A stretch of DNA of 32,646 bases, taken from positions 64,001-96,646 of IMG/VR virus record IMGVR_UViG_3300037400_002787; one strand, given 5' to 3'. The translations under genes were made by a program, and so were the position numbers. Each line of letters opens with the position of its first letter. Positions within the stretch are counted from its first letter, which is position 1. Below are positions 8,264 to 17,600 of this stretch, in pieces. Source of the DNA: a virus. Taxonomy: Duplodnaviria > Heunggongvirae > Uroviricota > Caudoviricetes. Under the pieces are notes generated by a model. That model had not been told where the DNA came from, made no database searches, and saw only the letters and a program-made list of their open reading frames with translations.

Positions 8264-9535
8264 ATGTATAGAGGTATAAAAGTTAGGATATATCCGACCA
8301 AGGAACAAGAGGTTTACATTAATAAACTCTTGGGAAGTTGTCGATTTATCTATAACAAGTTCATAGATTTCTTCAATGATTTTTATAAAGAACATAGGAG
8401 GGGTGCATCTAGTAGAGAAGCATATCAATTTTATAAAAGGTTAAAAGAAGAATATGGTTTCTTAATGGAAGTCCATAGTAAGGTAATAAGTAATGAGAGA
8501 TTGATAGCTATACAAGCATGGGGGAACTTTTTCAAGGCGAAAAAGAAGCCTCCAAAAAAGAATGGTAAGTTGAATTTTGAAAAACCAGTATATCATATCA
8601 AGCATAGACATGATTCGTGTCTCTTTGATAAACAAGCATTTAGATATATTAAAGGTGATAGGATTTCATTAATCAAGAAACTATCTAATATTCTCTTTAG
8701 ATGCTCTAAACGAGATGCGAAATTCCTACGAGAAAATAATGAGAGTGTTCGTAGTGTAACTTTAAGGAGAACACCGAGTGGAAAATATATATGTTCAATA
8801 CTTGTAGAAGATACAAGAGAGATTAGAATGTCTCATAGTTCAAAAGAGATAGGTATTGATTTGGGAGTAAAGCATTTTGCAACATTGTCTGACGGAACTA
8901 AAATAGAGAATCCGAGGATAATCAAATCTTATATAGGAAAGATAAAAAGATTAGATAGAAAGTTGTCGAAATGCAAAAGACACTCTAGAAGATGGGAAAA
9001 GGCACGGATGCGATTAGCCAAAGCCTATGAAAAACTTAGTAATTGCAGGAAAGATTTCCATCATAAAGTATCATCTAAGTTAGTTAAAGAGTATGGAACG
9101 ATATGCATAGAGAATCTAGATGTAGCATACCTTTTAACCATCTGTGATGCAAATAAGGATGTAGCCGATGTAACTATGGCAGATTTCTTATATATGATAC
9201 GATACAAATGCGGGTGGTATGGAAGGTTACTAGGTGTAGTTGATAGGTTCTTCCCATCATCAAAGACATGTAATCATTGCGGAAATATAAATCGTGACTT
9301 AACCTTGGTAGAAAGAGAGTGGGTGTGTCCTAAATGTGGTAAACTTCTTGATAGAGATTTGAATGCTGCCATTAACATATTGAAGGATGGGAAAAAGCAT
9401 TTGGTAGGGCCGGGCTCGCCCGAACCGAACGCTCGTGGACAGGAGTGCATCAGAGACGATTGCCCGAAAGGGAAAGCGGAGGAGATGTCCTGGGCGAAGC
9501 GAGAAAAGAATGTGGAAGTGAACTTGTGTCACTAG
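8264..9535 (+). CDS. tnpB: IS200/IS605-family RNA-guided endonuclease TnpB
   Basis: N-terminal HTH (KVRIYPTKEQ..GSCRFIYN), RuvC-I GIDLGVKHFA, RuvC-II CIENL, Zn ribbon CNHCG..CPKCG, RuvC-III DRDLNAAINI; all three catalytic acidic residues present. Confidence 0.95.
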   Translation: MYRGIKVRIYPTKEQEVYINKLLGSCRFIYNKFIDFFNDFYKEHRRGASSREAYQFYKRLKEEYGFLMEVHSKVISNERLIAIQAWGNFFKAKKKPPKKNGKLNFEKPVYHIKHRHDSCLFDKQAFRYIKGDRISLIKKLSNILFRCSKRDAKFLRENNESVRSVTLRRTPSGKYICSILVEDTREIRMSHSSKEIGIDLGVKHFATLSDGTKIENPRIIKSYIGKIKRLDRKLSKCKRHSRRWEKARMRLAKAYEKLSNCRKDFHHKVSSKLVKEYGTICIENLDVAYLLTICDANKDVADVTMADFLYMIRYKCGWYGRLLGVVDRFFPSSKTCNHCGNINRDLTLVEREWVCPKCGKLLDRDLNAAINILKDGKKHLVGPGSPEPNARGQECIRDDCPKGKAEEMSWAKREKNVEVNLCH

Positions 9536-9575
9536 AAGCAGAGTCATAGCAGCCGCTTGGAATATTATCTTTCAA
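9404..9575 (+). ncRNA. Putative TnpB omegaRNA scaffold overlapping the tnpB 3' end; boundaries approximate
   Basis: GC-rich, self-complementary tail after the last RuvC motif (GTAGGGCCGGGCTCGCCCGAACCGAACGCTCGTGGAC..GAAGCGAGAA). TnpB omegaRNAs are known to overlap this region. Candidate right-end tetranucleotides are TCAC 9529-9532 and TCAA 9572-9575. Confidence 0.5.
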
Positions 9576-9583
9576 TGCTGTTT

Positions 9584-9617
9584 AACCCCACTTGCATGAG
9601 TGGGGTTTTATTTTTTT
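9584..9617 (+). terminator. Rho-independent terminator after tnpB
   Basis: AACCCCACTT-GCAT-GAGTGGGGTT hairpin followed by TTATTTTTTT. Confidence 0.85.
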
Positions 9618-9624
9618 GGCTTGA

Positions 9625-9645
9625 CCATTTCGGCATACTATAGCC
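9625..9645 (+). promoter_or_regulatory. GGCAT-N3-ATA motif (putative phage late promoter)
   Basis: CCATTTCGGCATACTATAGCC; the first 12 nt are identical to 27546-27557, and the core is shared with other gene starts. Confidence 0.5.
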
Positions 9646-9710
9646 GCCCGTGTGGGTTGCGGACAGACGAACAAAACTTGTAGCCACCGCGAACTAAGGA
9701 GCACAAGACT

Positions 9711-10142
9711 ATGGCAAAGAACTACATACATTCAACCGCCTCGCAGGATATGAACTATCCGATTTATGCTGGCGGGACGGACAGACCCCAGAAGGTCAAG
9801 GAAATCATCATCAAGGGAAGGGCGAACGTTGTTGACCCTAGAACCCTAATCACTCCCACGGGAGCGGTGACGGAGGTTTCCGATGCTGACCTCGAACTTC
9901 TCAAGAAGAGTTCCGCTTTCCAGCGGCATGTCGCAAGAGGGTTCATGAGGGTTATGACAGAGAGCGAGCTCAACACCAAGGATATGCAGAAGCGGGACAA
10001 TTCCGCCCAGTTGCAGGATGCGGAGTATGCGGACGGGACCGACCCACGTGTACCTAACTCGGGCAACTGTCAGGCTACCTGCGGAGAGGGAGACCGAATC
10101 CGCGGCAAGCGTGGTGTTGCTTTCGTAACCGACAACTACTAA
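9711..10142 (+). CDS. Conserved post-capsid hypothetical protein of this myophage type
   Basis: YIHST..IIIKG.ANV..L.TPTGAVTEV..LELL..F..HV..G pattern recalled from the gene that follows the capsid in this phage family; AAGGAG SD. Confidence 0.65.
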   Translation: MAKNYIHSTASQDMNYPIYAGGTDRPQKVKEIIIKGRANVVDPRTLITPTGAVTEVSDADLELLKKSSAFQRHVARGFMRVMTESELNTKDMQKRDNSAQLQDAEYADGTDPRVPNSGNCQATCGEGDRIRGKRGVAFVTDNY

Positions 10143-10187
10143 GAAACCGAGAAGCGGTAAAAGCTGGTTGTTGGAAGTCTGTTCAAG

Positions 10188-10226
10188 GAGGGGGTTCCGA
10201 AGGAGTTGGAACCCCCTCTTTCTTTT
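10188..10226 (+). terminator. Rho-independent terminator
   Basis: Perfect 11-bp stem GAGGGGGTTCC/GGAACCCCCTC, 9-nt loop, then TTTCTTTT. Confidence 0.85.
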
Positions 10227-10280
10227 CTCCATTGGCATTTATAGAGACGATGAATATAAATTTAAGGAGAACGAGAAGTT

Positions 10281-10898
10281 ATGTGGGATTATCCATTTCC
10301 AAGCGAAGCGGGACCAATCTACGACCCAGACCAGTTGTCCTGTATGGACTTCAACGGCTCCTTCTGGGGACCGCCGTGGAGACAGTTTGAGACCCACCCG
10401 CCGAGGAAAGTCTCTAGGTATAGGGACGACCCTGTAGATGTAGACAAGTTCAAGGCTTGGTTTTCTGAATTTGCCGACGATGCTAAGTGGCCTAGGGCTA
10501 TGGTGGAGGGAGCGGCGAAGAGGGCTCGGTTCTACATACCGATATGGAGTCAGTGCGACTATCTTGACGGCGAGGACAGGGAGTATGCGAGGGGGCTGCT
10601 GACCGCCCACATAATGATAACGGCGAAGCAGAACACGGCGGCTATGGATCAGGCGGCCCTTGCACCCGGCGGAGCGGCGGGAGGTATGATGACAACGCTA
10701 CCCGGCACGGGCATAGTCACTAGCGCCAGCATAGGCAGCGTAAGCTACTCCAAGACGCTGCCGCAGAGCAAGGATGCCTACGAGTTCTGGCTTAACCAGA
10801 CGCCGTATGGGATAGAACTGCAGGCGTTCCTCGCGAACCACATAGCGGTTGGCGTAATGGCGCAGGGGGACGACATAAGGGAGTGCTTTAGGGACTAG
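10281..10898 (+). CDS. DUF4054-like head-tail connector/adaptor
   Basis: FKAWFSEF..GLLTAHI..G.VTSASIGSVSYS..FWLNQTPYG.ELQAFL typical of DUF4054. Confidence 0.85.
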   Translation: MWDYPFPSEAGPIYDPDQLSCMDFNGSFWGPPWRQFETHPPRKVSRYRDDPVDVDKFKAWFSEFADDAKWPRAMVEGAAKRARFYIPIWSQCDYLDGEDREYARGLLTAHIMITAKQNTAAMDQAALAPGGAAGGMMTTLPGTGIVTSASIGSVSYSKTLPQSKDAYEFWLNQTPYGIELQAFLANHIAVGVMAQGDDIRECFRD

Positions 10899-10900
10899 CC

Positions 10901-11587
10901 ATGTCAGAGAAATACAAACTCAAATACGAGGTCATAGCCATTCTGAAGGAGAACATTCAGAAGGGGCTAGAATCCTTTGGTCTTCCGATAACACAGAAGC
11001 CGGGAGACCACGGGTGGATTGTCATGGAGTCCGACCAGCCCAAGTTCCAGGGGGCGGACAATGCCGTTCTGTTCTATCTAGAGAGGACAGAGCGCATCGG
11101 ATGGCAGGGGGATAGAAGACTATACAATAGTGAGACGGGGAATTACGATGTCATTGACTATTTCATAGAGCAGCAGCATTGGAAGATAAAGGTTATATGC
11201 AAGCGTACGACAGAGAAGGTGACTGACGACAATATACCTGTTCTTGCGGAGGATGTAACTGGGATGCTAATAGCCTGGTTCAACCGTCTAGGGTGTATAG
11301 AGTTTAGAAAGCATAATATGGCAAACCTCTTCATACAGATGAAGGATGTGCGGGTGTACAAGGATAGGTCTGATGTTCCGCAGTGGACAACAGAGTTTCC
11401 CCTTAAACTACAGGTGATAAAGCAATTCGAGACTGAAATTGGGACGGCAACCCCGCAATTGGGCGGAATTGTAGGGATTGAAGGACGGGTAGACGGAGGG
11501 AACGGCGGTAGAAGGAATGTCGGCAGCGGATTTCTAAGTAGGATTGCAAGCAAGATACGAGGTATTTTCAAACCCGAAGGGGGCTAA
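10901..11587 (+). CDS. Putative neck/tail terminator (tail completion) protein
   Basis: Position directly before the sheath gene; DQPKFQG..RIGWQG pattern. Confidence 0.6.
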   Translation: MSEKYKLKYEVIAILKENIQKGLESFGLPITQKPGDHGWIVMESDQPKFQGADNAVLFYLERTERIGWQGDRRLYNSETGNYDVIDYFIEQQHWKIKVICKRTTEKVTDDNIPVLAEDVTGMLIAWFNRLGCIEFRKHNMANLFIQMKDVRVYKDRSDVPQWTTEFPLKLQVIKQFETEIGTATPQLGGIVGIEGRVDGGNGGRRNVGSGFLSRIASKIRGIFKPEGG

Positions 11588-11590
11588 GAT

Positions 11591-11629
11591 TTTACGATTT
11601 GGCATTGAATAGCCGAAAAGTAGGCTAGG
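11591..11629 (+). repeat. 39-bp direct repeat copy 2 (putative late promoter/operator)
   Basis: TTTACGATTTGGCATTGAATAGCCGAAAAGTAGGCTAGG, 37/39 identical to 4423-4461; intergenic upstream of the sheath gene. Confidence 0.85.
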
Positions 11630-11687
11630 CCCGAATGGGACTAAAGCACCCTAAGGGAACAAGAACGAAAAAAACAGGAGACAACAA

Positions 11688-12920
11688 ATGGCGATAAACA
11701 TAAAGAATTATGTGGACATCTCCACCACGTTCCCTAGTGCGAATGTCGCAGGAAGGTCGTTTGGTGGTCTGGTGTTCACGGCGAAGGATGCCATAGAGCA
11801 GACTTCGGGTGATATGGCGGAGGCCTACGAGGCCTATATGGGTGGCGGAGTGACCTTCCTCACGCTTGAAGAGGTTGGACTCCTCTTTGGGACTTCCTCG
11901 GATGAGTACAAGTTCGCAGAGGGTTACTACGGTTACATTAGTCCGTCCGGTCGCTTCGCTTCCAGGATTGCATATTCCAAGATTTTTGACAACGAGACTC
12001 CGCTGGCGGCTTTCTCCCGAGTCAACAAGGTTACGAATCTTTTTGGTTCGTTCACATTCCTTTCCGTACCCAGAGGCGGAGACTCCACGAGCTCTGAGAC
12101 AGACGACCTAGAGTCTCTTAAGGCGGTAGCGCTATTCAACTCTACGCTCGATGCAAAGTATCTCTTTGTTGTGAATAGGGCTGTGGGCGACAAGACCACA
12201 GATGCCGTCATTACAGAGTGCGAGACGTTCAAGGACATCAAGGGAACCGTGTACATCTCCGGCAAGACCGATGTTTCCGCTTATATGCCGATGGCGATTC
12301 TCGGAAGCACGGATTACTCCAACGGACAGGTTGTGAACTTTATGTTCAAGCAGTTTGCTACCGAAGAGCCAACTGTGGAAGATGACAAGACCTATGCCGA
12401 CTTTAACAAGGTGTTTGTCAACTTCTACGGTCGTACCCAGACGAACGGACAGACGCTTGACTTCTACCAGAGGGGCTTCAATACGGACGGCACAGATACG
12501 GCGGTTTATTGCAACGAGATGTGGTTTAAGTCCATCTGCGAGACGGCTCTTATGAACCTTCTCGTGTCCCGTGAGAGACTTCCCGCCGATGCACTCGGTG
12601 TAGACCTTGTTAAACTCGAGGTGGTGGACTGCTGTGCCGATGCGATTCGCAACTCGATGTTCATGCAGAAGGAACTAACCGCAAAAGACATTCGCGGAAT
12701 CCGCGAACTCGTCGTTTCGACCGGCGGTGCGGAAGCCGATGTTGGTTCTATTGAGGCCGATATCTCCACAAAGGGCTACTCGGTATATGCTTACCTCTCC
12801 TCTATGGAGGACAATCAGAAGCTCGGACCTACAAGCGAGAAGGTAATCATCTACTACGTGTTCTACGGCACTGCGGATTCCGTCCGTTATATCAAGGGCG
12901 ACGACATACTTCTCAAGTAA
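11688..12920 (+). CDS. Contractile tail sheath protein (DUF3383-like)
   Basis: MAINIKNYVDI..FG..S.EYKFA..YYGY..MFKQF..NFYGRTQ..DFYQRG..YCNEMWFK..I.GDDIL; AGGAG SD. Confidence 0.85.
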   Translation: MAINIKNYVDISTTFPSANVAGRSFGGLVFTAKDAIEQTSGDMAEAYEAYMGGGVTFLTLEEVGLLFGTSSDEYKFAEGYYGYISPSGRFASRIAYSKIFDNETPLAAFSRVNKVTNLFGSFTFLSVPRGGDSTSSETDDLESLKAVALFNSTLDAKYLFVVNRAVGDKTTDAVITECETFKDIKGTVYISGKTDVSAYMPMAILGSTDYSNGQVVNFMFKQFATEEPTVEDDKTYADFNKVFVNFYGRTQTNGQTLDFYQRGFNTDGTDTAVYCNEMWFKSICETALMNLLVSRERLPADALGVDLVKLEVVDCCADAIRNSMFMQKELTAKDIRGIRELVVSTGGAEADVGSIEADISTKGYSVYAYLSSMEDNQKLGPTSEKVIIYYVFYGTADSVRYIKGDDILLK

Positions 12921-12938
12921 TAGAAAGGGGAACAAGCA

Positions 12939-13379
12939 ATGAGTTGGTCATTTCAGATAAAGGATGTTTCCTTTGCGGGTTCTTCCGTGACGGTGGCGGG
13001 AATAACCGTCAACGACTTCATGGACGATGCAAACCCCGTTGAGTTTCAGGATGTCGAGGTCTCCTCGGTCGGAGTGAACTGCAACGGGTCGATGGTTCGC
13101 AACGCAAAGCCGAACGTCATTATGATGTCTCTCACGGTCATTCCTGGGTCGCAGAGCGATACAAGCCTCTACAACCTCTGGAAGAAGTATCGTGTGCAGG
13201 GCAACTACAATTCGCAGTGGGAGCAGGGGCTTTCCGCCACGGTAACAATCGGTTCCGGACGCGGAAGCCGTTCCTTCTCCAACGGAACGATGGTGAGTGG
13301 TCCCGGCGGTCCTTCGTCCAACGGCGAGGGTAAGATGACGGGTCGTACTTATACATTCGCGTTCGTGACGGCGAACTAA
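12939..13379 (+). CDS. Tail tube protein (DUF3277-like), copy 1
   Basis: Follows the sheath; SFAG..DFMDDANP..NG.MV..LTVIPGS..G..YTFAF; GC-rich, high-expression-type codons. Confidence 0.8.
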   Translation: MSWSFQIKDVSFAGSSVTVAGITVNDFMDDANPVEFQDVEVSSVGVNCNGSMVRNAKPNVIMMSLTVIPGSQSDTSLYNLWKKYRVQGNYNSQWEQGLSATVTIGSGRGSRSFSNGTMVSGPGGPSSNGEGKMTGRTYTFAFVTAN

Positions 13380-13393
13380 ATGTTGTCTTCCTG

Positions 13394-13466
13394 TCGGCGG
13401 ACGGGGCTTTAGATCGTCCGTCCGAGCAAAGCTCCCGCTCCTCTACAAAAAGGGGGCGGGAGTTTT
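13394..13466 (+). terminator. Two tandem hairpins after tube copy 1 (terminator/attenuator or RNA stabiliser)
   Basis: TCGGCGGACG..CGTCCGTCCGA (~13394-13426) and CTCCCGCTCC..GGGGGCGGGAG (~13432-13462) followed by TTTT. Confidence 0.6.
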
Positions 13467-13489
13467 GGCAATGAGAAAGAGAGAAAAAA

Positions 13490-13948
13490 ATGGCGGGTAG
13501 AAATAGCCTTAGTGCTCTATACGATGTGTCGTTTGCGGGAAGCCGCATTGTAATTGGGGGTGCTAATATCACCGAATTTATGGATGATTCCAACCCCATA
13601 GACATTCAAGATACTGAGACAACCAATATAGAGTGGAGTTGCAATGGGAGAATGATACGCACTATCAAACCTGCTGCTATCATTCTATCAATAACGGTAA
13701 TTCCAGGCTCTGCATCTGACAACAGCCTAAGAAAAATTTGGAAAAATAGTTTTTGTAACGGCGGTAGTGTGGATATCGACCAGGCTAATCAGTCATTGAA
13801 TTGTATTATTTCTGCAGGAAACCCAAATATAGGAAGTTTTACTTTCACGGGTGGGACACCTATATCTGGAGCAGCGGCATTAACAGCTAATGGGCAAGGG
13901 AAGATGGGAGGAAATACCTATACTTTTGCCTTTGAGAATGTAGAATGA
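13490..13948 (+). CDS. Tail tube protein paralogue (DUF3277-like), copy 2
   Basis: Collinear with copy 1: SFAGS..FMDD.NP..QD.E..CNG.M.R..KP..I.VIPGS.SD..G.G.M.G.TYTFAF; AT-richer DNA. Confidence 0.8.
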   Translation: MAGRNSLSALYDVSFAGSRIVIGGANITEFMDDSNPIDIQDTETTNIEWSCNGRMIRTIKPAAIILSITVIPGSASDNSLRKIWKNSFCNGGSVDIDQANQSLNCIISAGNPNIGSFTFTGGTPISGAAALTANGQGKMGGNTYTFAFENVE

Positions 13949-14041
13949 TAGGCATCTATTTCACCATTTTGTCTTTTTCCTTTTGGGCAATACTTGCGGT
14001 AGGAATGCCGCAGAGAAACCCCCAAAGGAGAAATAAATAAA

Positions 14042-14413
14042 ATGGATCCAAAGAAGTTTATTGAACCGAAGGAAATAGAGATAGACGGGCGGAAGTATGT
14101 CATATCCAGAATACCTGCAGTTCAGGCACAGCAGATATATAGATTCTTAATGAAGGAGTCTAAAGAGGATGGCGACATAGCGATGACGTATCTAACGGAG
14201 CCAACCGCCGTAGCGTTGCTTTCTTATTCCGCATTGGTGGATGGGGAAGTGTGGACAGCTCTTGACGAGACGAATCAGGTCAACTTTGCCTGCTCCAAAA
14301 TTGAGAATCTCATCAAACTGGAGGCGGCGATGATTCGTTACAACTTTGGTTTTTTATTCGATGGAACCCTCCAAGAAGTATTGGGGGTTCTTCGGGACAG
14401 CCAGGCCATATAA
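14042..14413 (+). CDS. Tail assembly chaperone (G-like)
   Basis: Between tube and tape measure; IEIDG.KY.I..IPA..NFGFL pattern; AAAGGAG SD; contains a slippery site. Confidence 0.75.
   Translation: MDPKKFIEPKEIEIDGRKYVISRIPAVQAQQIYRFLMKESKEDGDIAMTYLTEPTAVALLSYSALVDGEVWTALDETNQVNFACSKIENLIKLEAAMIRYNFGFLFDGTLQEVLGVLRDSQAI
14350..14390 (+). other. Programmed -1 ribosomal frameshift signal
   Basis: In-frame T TTT TTA heptamer (14350-14356), 7-nt spacer, stem-loop GAACCC(T)CCAA-GAAGTA-TTGGGGGTTC (14364-14390); the -1 frame is stop-free into ORF 14422-14619. Confidence 0.7.
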
Positions 14414-14421
14414 AGCCCACG

Positions 14422-14619
14422 ATGGTGTCGGAGATGGTTGCCTCCGTTGTGCATAGCGGAAGGGCGACGCTCAACGAATTGAGGACAATATATCATCTGC
14501 AGGACTTGTATAGGCTCTGGGAGATAGACTATGTTCCTCTTTATAATCGTTGGTATGACAATGAGAGACGGCGAGAAAAAGAAAGATTGAATCAATTGGC
14601 TCGAAATCTTAGAGTGTAG
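14422..14619 (+). CDS. C-terminal part of the frameshifted chaperone (GT-like)
   Basis: VV..ATLNELRTIY.L.DLY..WEI motif; lies in the -1 frame relative to 14042-14413; no clear SD. Confidence 0.65.
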   Translation: MVSEMVASVVHSGRATLNELRTIYHLQDLYRLWEIDYVPLYNRWYDNERRREKERLNQLARNLRV

Positions 14620-14634
14620 AGAAAGGGAGACAAC

Positions 14635-17600
14635 TTGAGAAATCGTGGTTCTAGTTCAGAGACTGAAGTATTGAAGAGTGTATTTAGTGCGAAGTCCTTG
14701 TCTAGAGGGATTTCAAACATTTCCAATCTCTTTAATCGTGTAGGTGAGACTGCAAATACCGCTAGTGGGCAGTATTTTGCCTCTCGAGAAGCGAGTATAA
14801 ATAGAACCTATGAATCTCTAACAGCAGAACTATCGAAAAACATAGGGAAAATAAAAGGGGCATCAGGAAAAAACATAGATGACCAATTAAAAAAATTCTT
14901 AGGGGATGTTAGGGCTAGTGGCGGAAGCAATATAAAGACTTCCGAATTGAATCGTCTAATGGGCGAATTAAGCAAGGGGATTGGCAAAAGTGCAGCCTCA
15001 ATGACGGGAATAGAAGGGCAGTTGGCAAGAGAACTAACCCAAAGCATTAGAACAGTAAAGAAAGAAGTAAAAGAAGAAGGTCTAAGTGGATATAAGGGGA
15101 AATCGCTAAAGGAATCAACTCAAAAAGCCGATATTAACCAGAAGATTGACGATGGTAGAGCCGAACTGACAAGAGCGGTTAGGGGGTTTTCCAAAACTAT
15201 AGGAGACCCTGCGATTAAAAAGCAGGTAGATCAAATCAGAGGAACTTTCCATCGGCGGCTCAATACGGCAACTTCCGTAGAAGACAAGAAAAAAGCCTAT
15301 GAGGAAGCATTAAGAGGATTTAACAAAGTAAAGGCATCAACTACCAATGAAGGAGATAAAGAACAAGTAGATAAAATAGTAGATTCATTTAGTGAATTCA
15401 AGAAAGGACTGTTCGGCACAAAGAGCAATTTATGGGCGGCGAGGCTTAGAGCAGGTTTTGATAGGACTACTACAGCACTAGGTGCGGCTACAAAAGTCCT
15501 TATCCCGCTTAAGAAAACTTTCGATGTAGGGAATGCTATATTCCAGCAGGTGAACAATAAGTTCAACCAGTTTGCGCGCACTCAAATGAGGATTGCAGGT
15601 GAACGAGGTGCATTTGGAAGGATTATGCGTGGTGCCGGCATGGACTACAGCAGTATGATGTCAGCATTGGGGACTGGCAGACGTGCGGGTATGGACGACC
15701 GCGAGGTTGTCAATAAGATGGTCTCAATGCAAGAGCAGTTGGCTAGGGCAAGATGGGGCGAAGGCCCCATGATAGAGAATCTGGGGAAATGGGGTCTCAC
15801 ACCGTTTGATGAGAACGGAAATATGAAAGACTTCAATAGGGTGATGATAGACATATCCAACAAGTTCAATACACTTGGAAGCGAAATGGAGAGGTTGCAA
15901 TTCCTCTCAATGCAGGGATTTAGACCAGAACAGATGGAATATGTCAAGAACTATGCGAAAGATGCCAAGGCATGGGCGGAATTAAAAAAGCACCCGGAGC
16001 GAATGGGGGTGCTGGAACAGTCACGATATCTGGACGAGTCTGGTCTATATGCAAAGGTTGATGCGGCTACTAAGATAGAACTAAAGCGACGGCAGATGCT
16101 CAATCAGAATGCAATAGATGAGGGTGTTTGGGAGGGCTTAAAGCGAAGTCTCCACCCAGAAAACTGGTTTTTTGAGGACTGGACTGCGAGAAAGAAGGGT
16201 GTAGAGTCTGCCAAGTCCGAAATAGCGATGGAAGGGTTGAGGAAAGAACTGGAGCGCGCAAGAGAAGAACTACGCAAGAATAACCAAGGTGTGAATAAGC
16301 TCTCCGGAAACATTCTAAATTTAGACCCATCACAGTTGATGGGGCTCGCGCTTCAAGGTGGAGCGGCCCAAGCCGATATAGACAATCGCGGTGAACAAAG
16401 TAGTGTGTATGCCCTTCGAAAGTTATATGCCAAGGAGTTAGGGTTAGAAGACCTTAGAAGAGTAGAAGAACGGAATAAAGTATATAACAGCGCAATAGGT
16501 GTTGGAGGTGGTGCTCTCGGAGGTGCTGCGGTAGGTGCTATTATAGGGAGTGTTATACCTATTTTGGGAACTACTATTGGTGCTATACTCGGGGCAGCAT
16601 TAGGCGGAACAGCGGGTGGGGTAGGAATGTACTCGCAACATATATTTGACATAGCTGAAGATGGGGTTAACAAACATATTGAAAAACTCAAATCGTTAAG
16701 AGGTCAACCAGATGAGATACGAAAATATCTTGATGAAAACAAAATATATGGGCTTTCTCCGGAAGTAGTAGAAAGTAAAGAGTTTGACGATGACAAGGTG
16801 GCTTCAAGATATATCCAGAGTGGCTATCGTTCTGGATTATATATGGAGGCACAAAGTCTGACTAACAAAAATATAGATATTTCAAAGGCTCATAACTATA
16901 CTGATGATAGATTCTATAAAGCCAATAAACAAGCGGCTGAACTTCGTGGAGAGGAACTGAGTAGAGAGAGAACTGTAGAAGCTATAGCGAGGATGGGGAC
17001 AGGGGATGAGACTATCGGAATAGATTCTGAAACCGCATACAATTATATCACATACGGCCTAGATAAAAGTAGTCAAGAGTATAAAACTAAAAGGTTTAAT
17101 AAAATAGGACAGATAAGAGGACGATGGCAAAAAGAAAAGAAGAAGTTTACAGAGAAAGAACTTCAGAAAGCTGCCGAAGAAGAAGTGGAGCAAGATTTCA
17201 AAAATACGATATCACCTAATATTATTAGAGCAGCGGAGCAGTATCAGGGAGTATCAAAAGATAGGGAAGGAACCTGGCGGCATGCTATTAAACAAGCAGG
17301 ACTACGCGAAGGTGCCTTTGCTAATGGAGGGGAAAGAGCAATAGAGAGTTTGCGAAAGCAAATAAAGACCATAGAAGAAGTAGGGGTTTCAGAGCGAAAT
17401 AGCGAAGAGTATTCGGGGTTGAAAAAAGTGCTTGAAATACTTACAACATATGGGTCAAAAGAAAATTTTCTCCAATCCAGTCCCGATATAAAAAAGATGG
17501 TATTTGGAGATGGAGAAATTCCGTTTGCCTATAAGTCTCTAGAGGAGCAGAAGGCGGAAATCAACCGAATGATTTCAGTAGGAGATGAGAGAAAAAGCGA

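Larger units (their letters stand above)
8201..9583 (+). mobile_element. Orphan tnpB cassette (IS605/IS1341-like, no tnpA) inserted between capsid and neck genes; boundaries approximate
   Basis: Visibly AT-rich versus the GC-rich capsid gene; only tnpB present; element ends not firmly identified. Confidence 0.6.

Noticed and set aside
4423-11629. 39-bp repeat as a CRISPR repeat or att site
   Set aside because: Only two copies 7 kb apart, no spacers, cas genes or integrase; both sit at operon starts.
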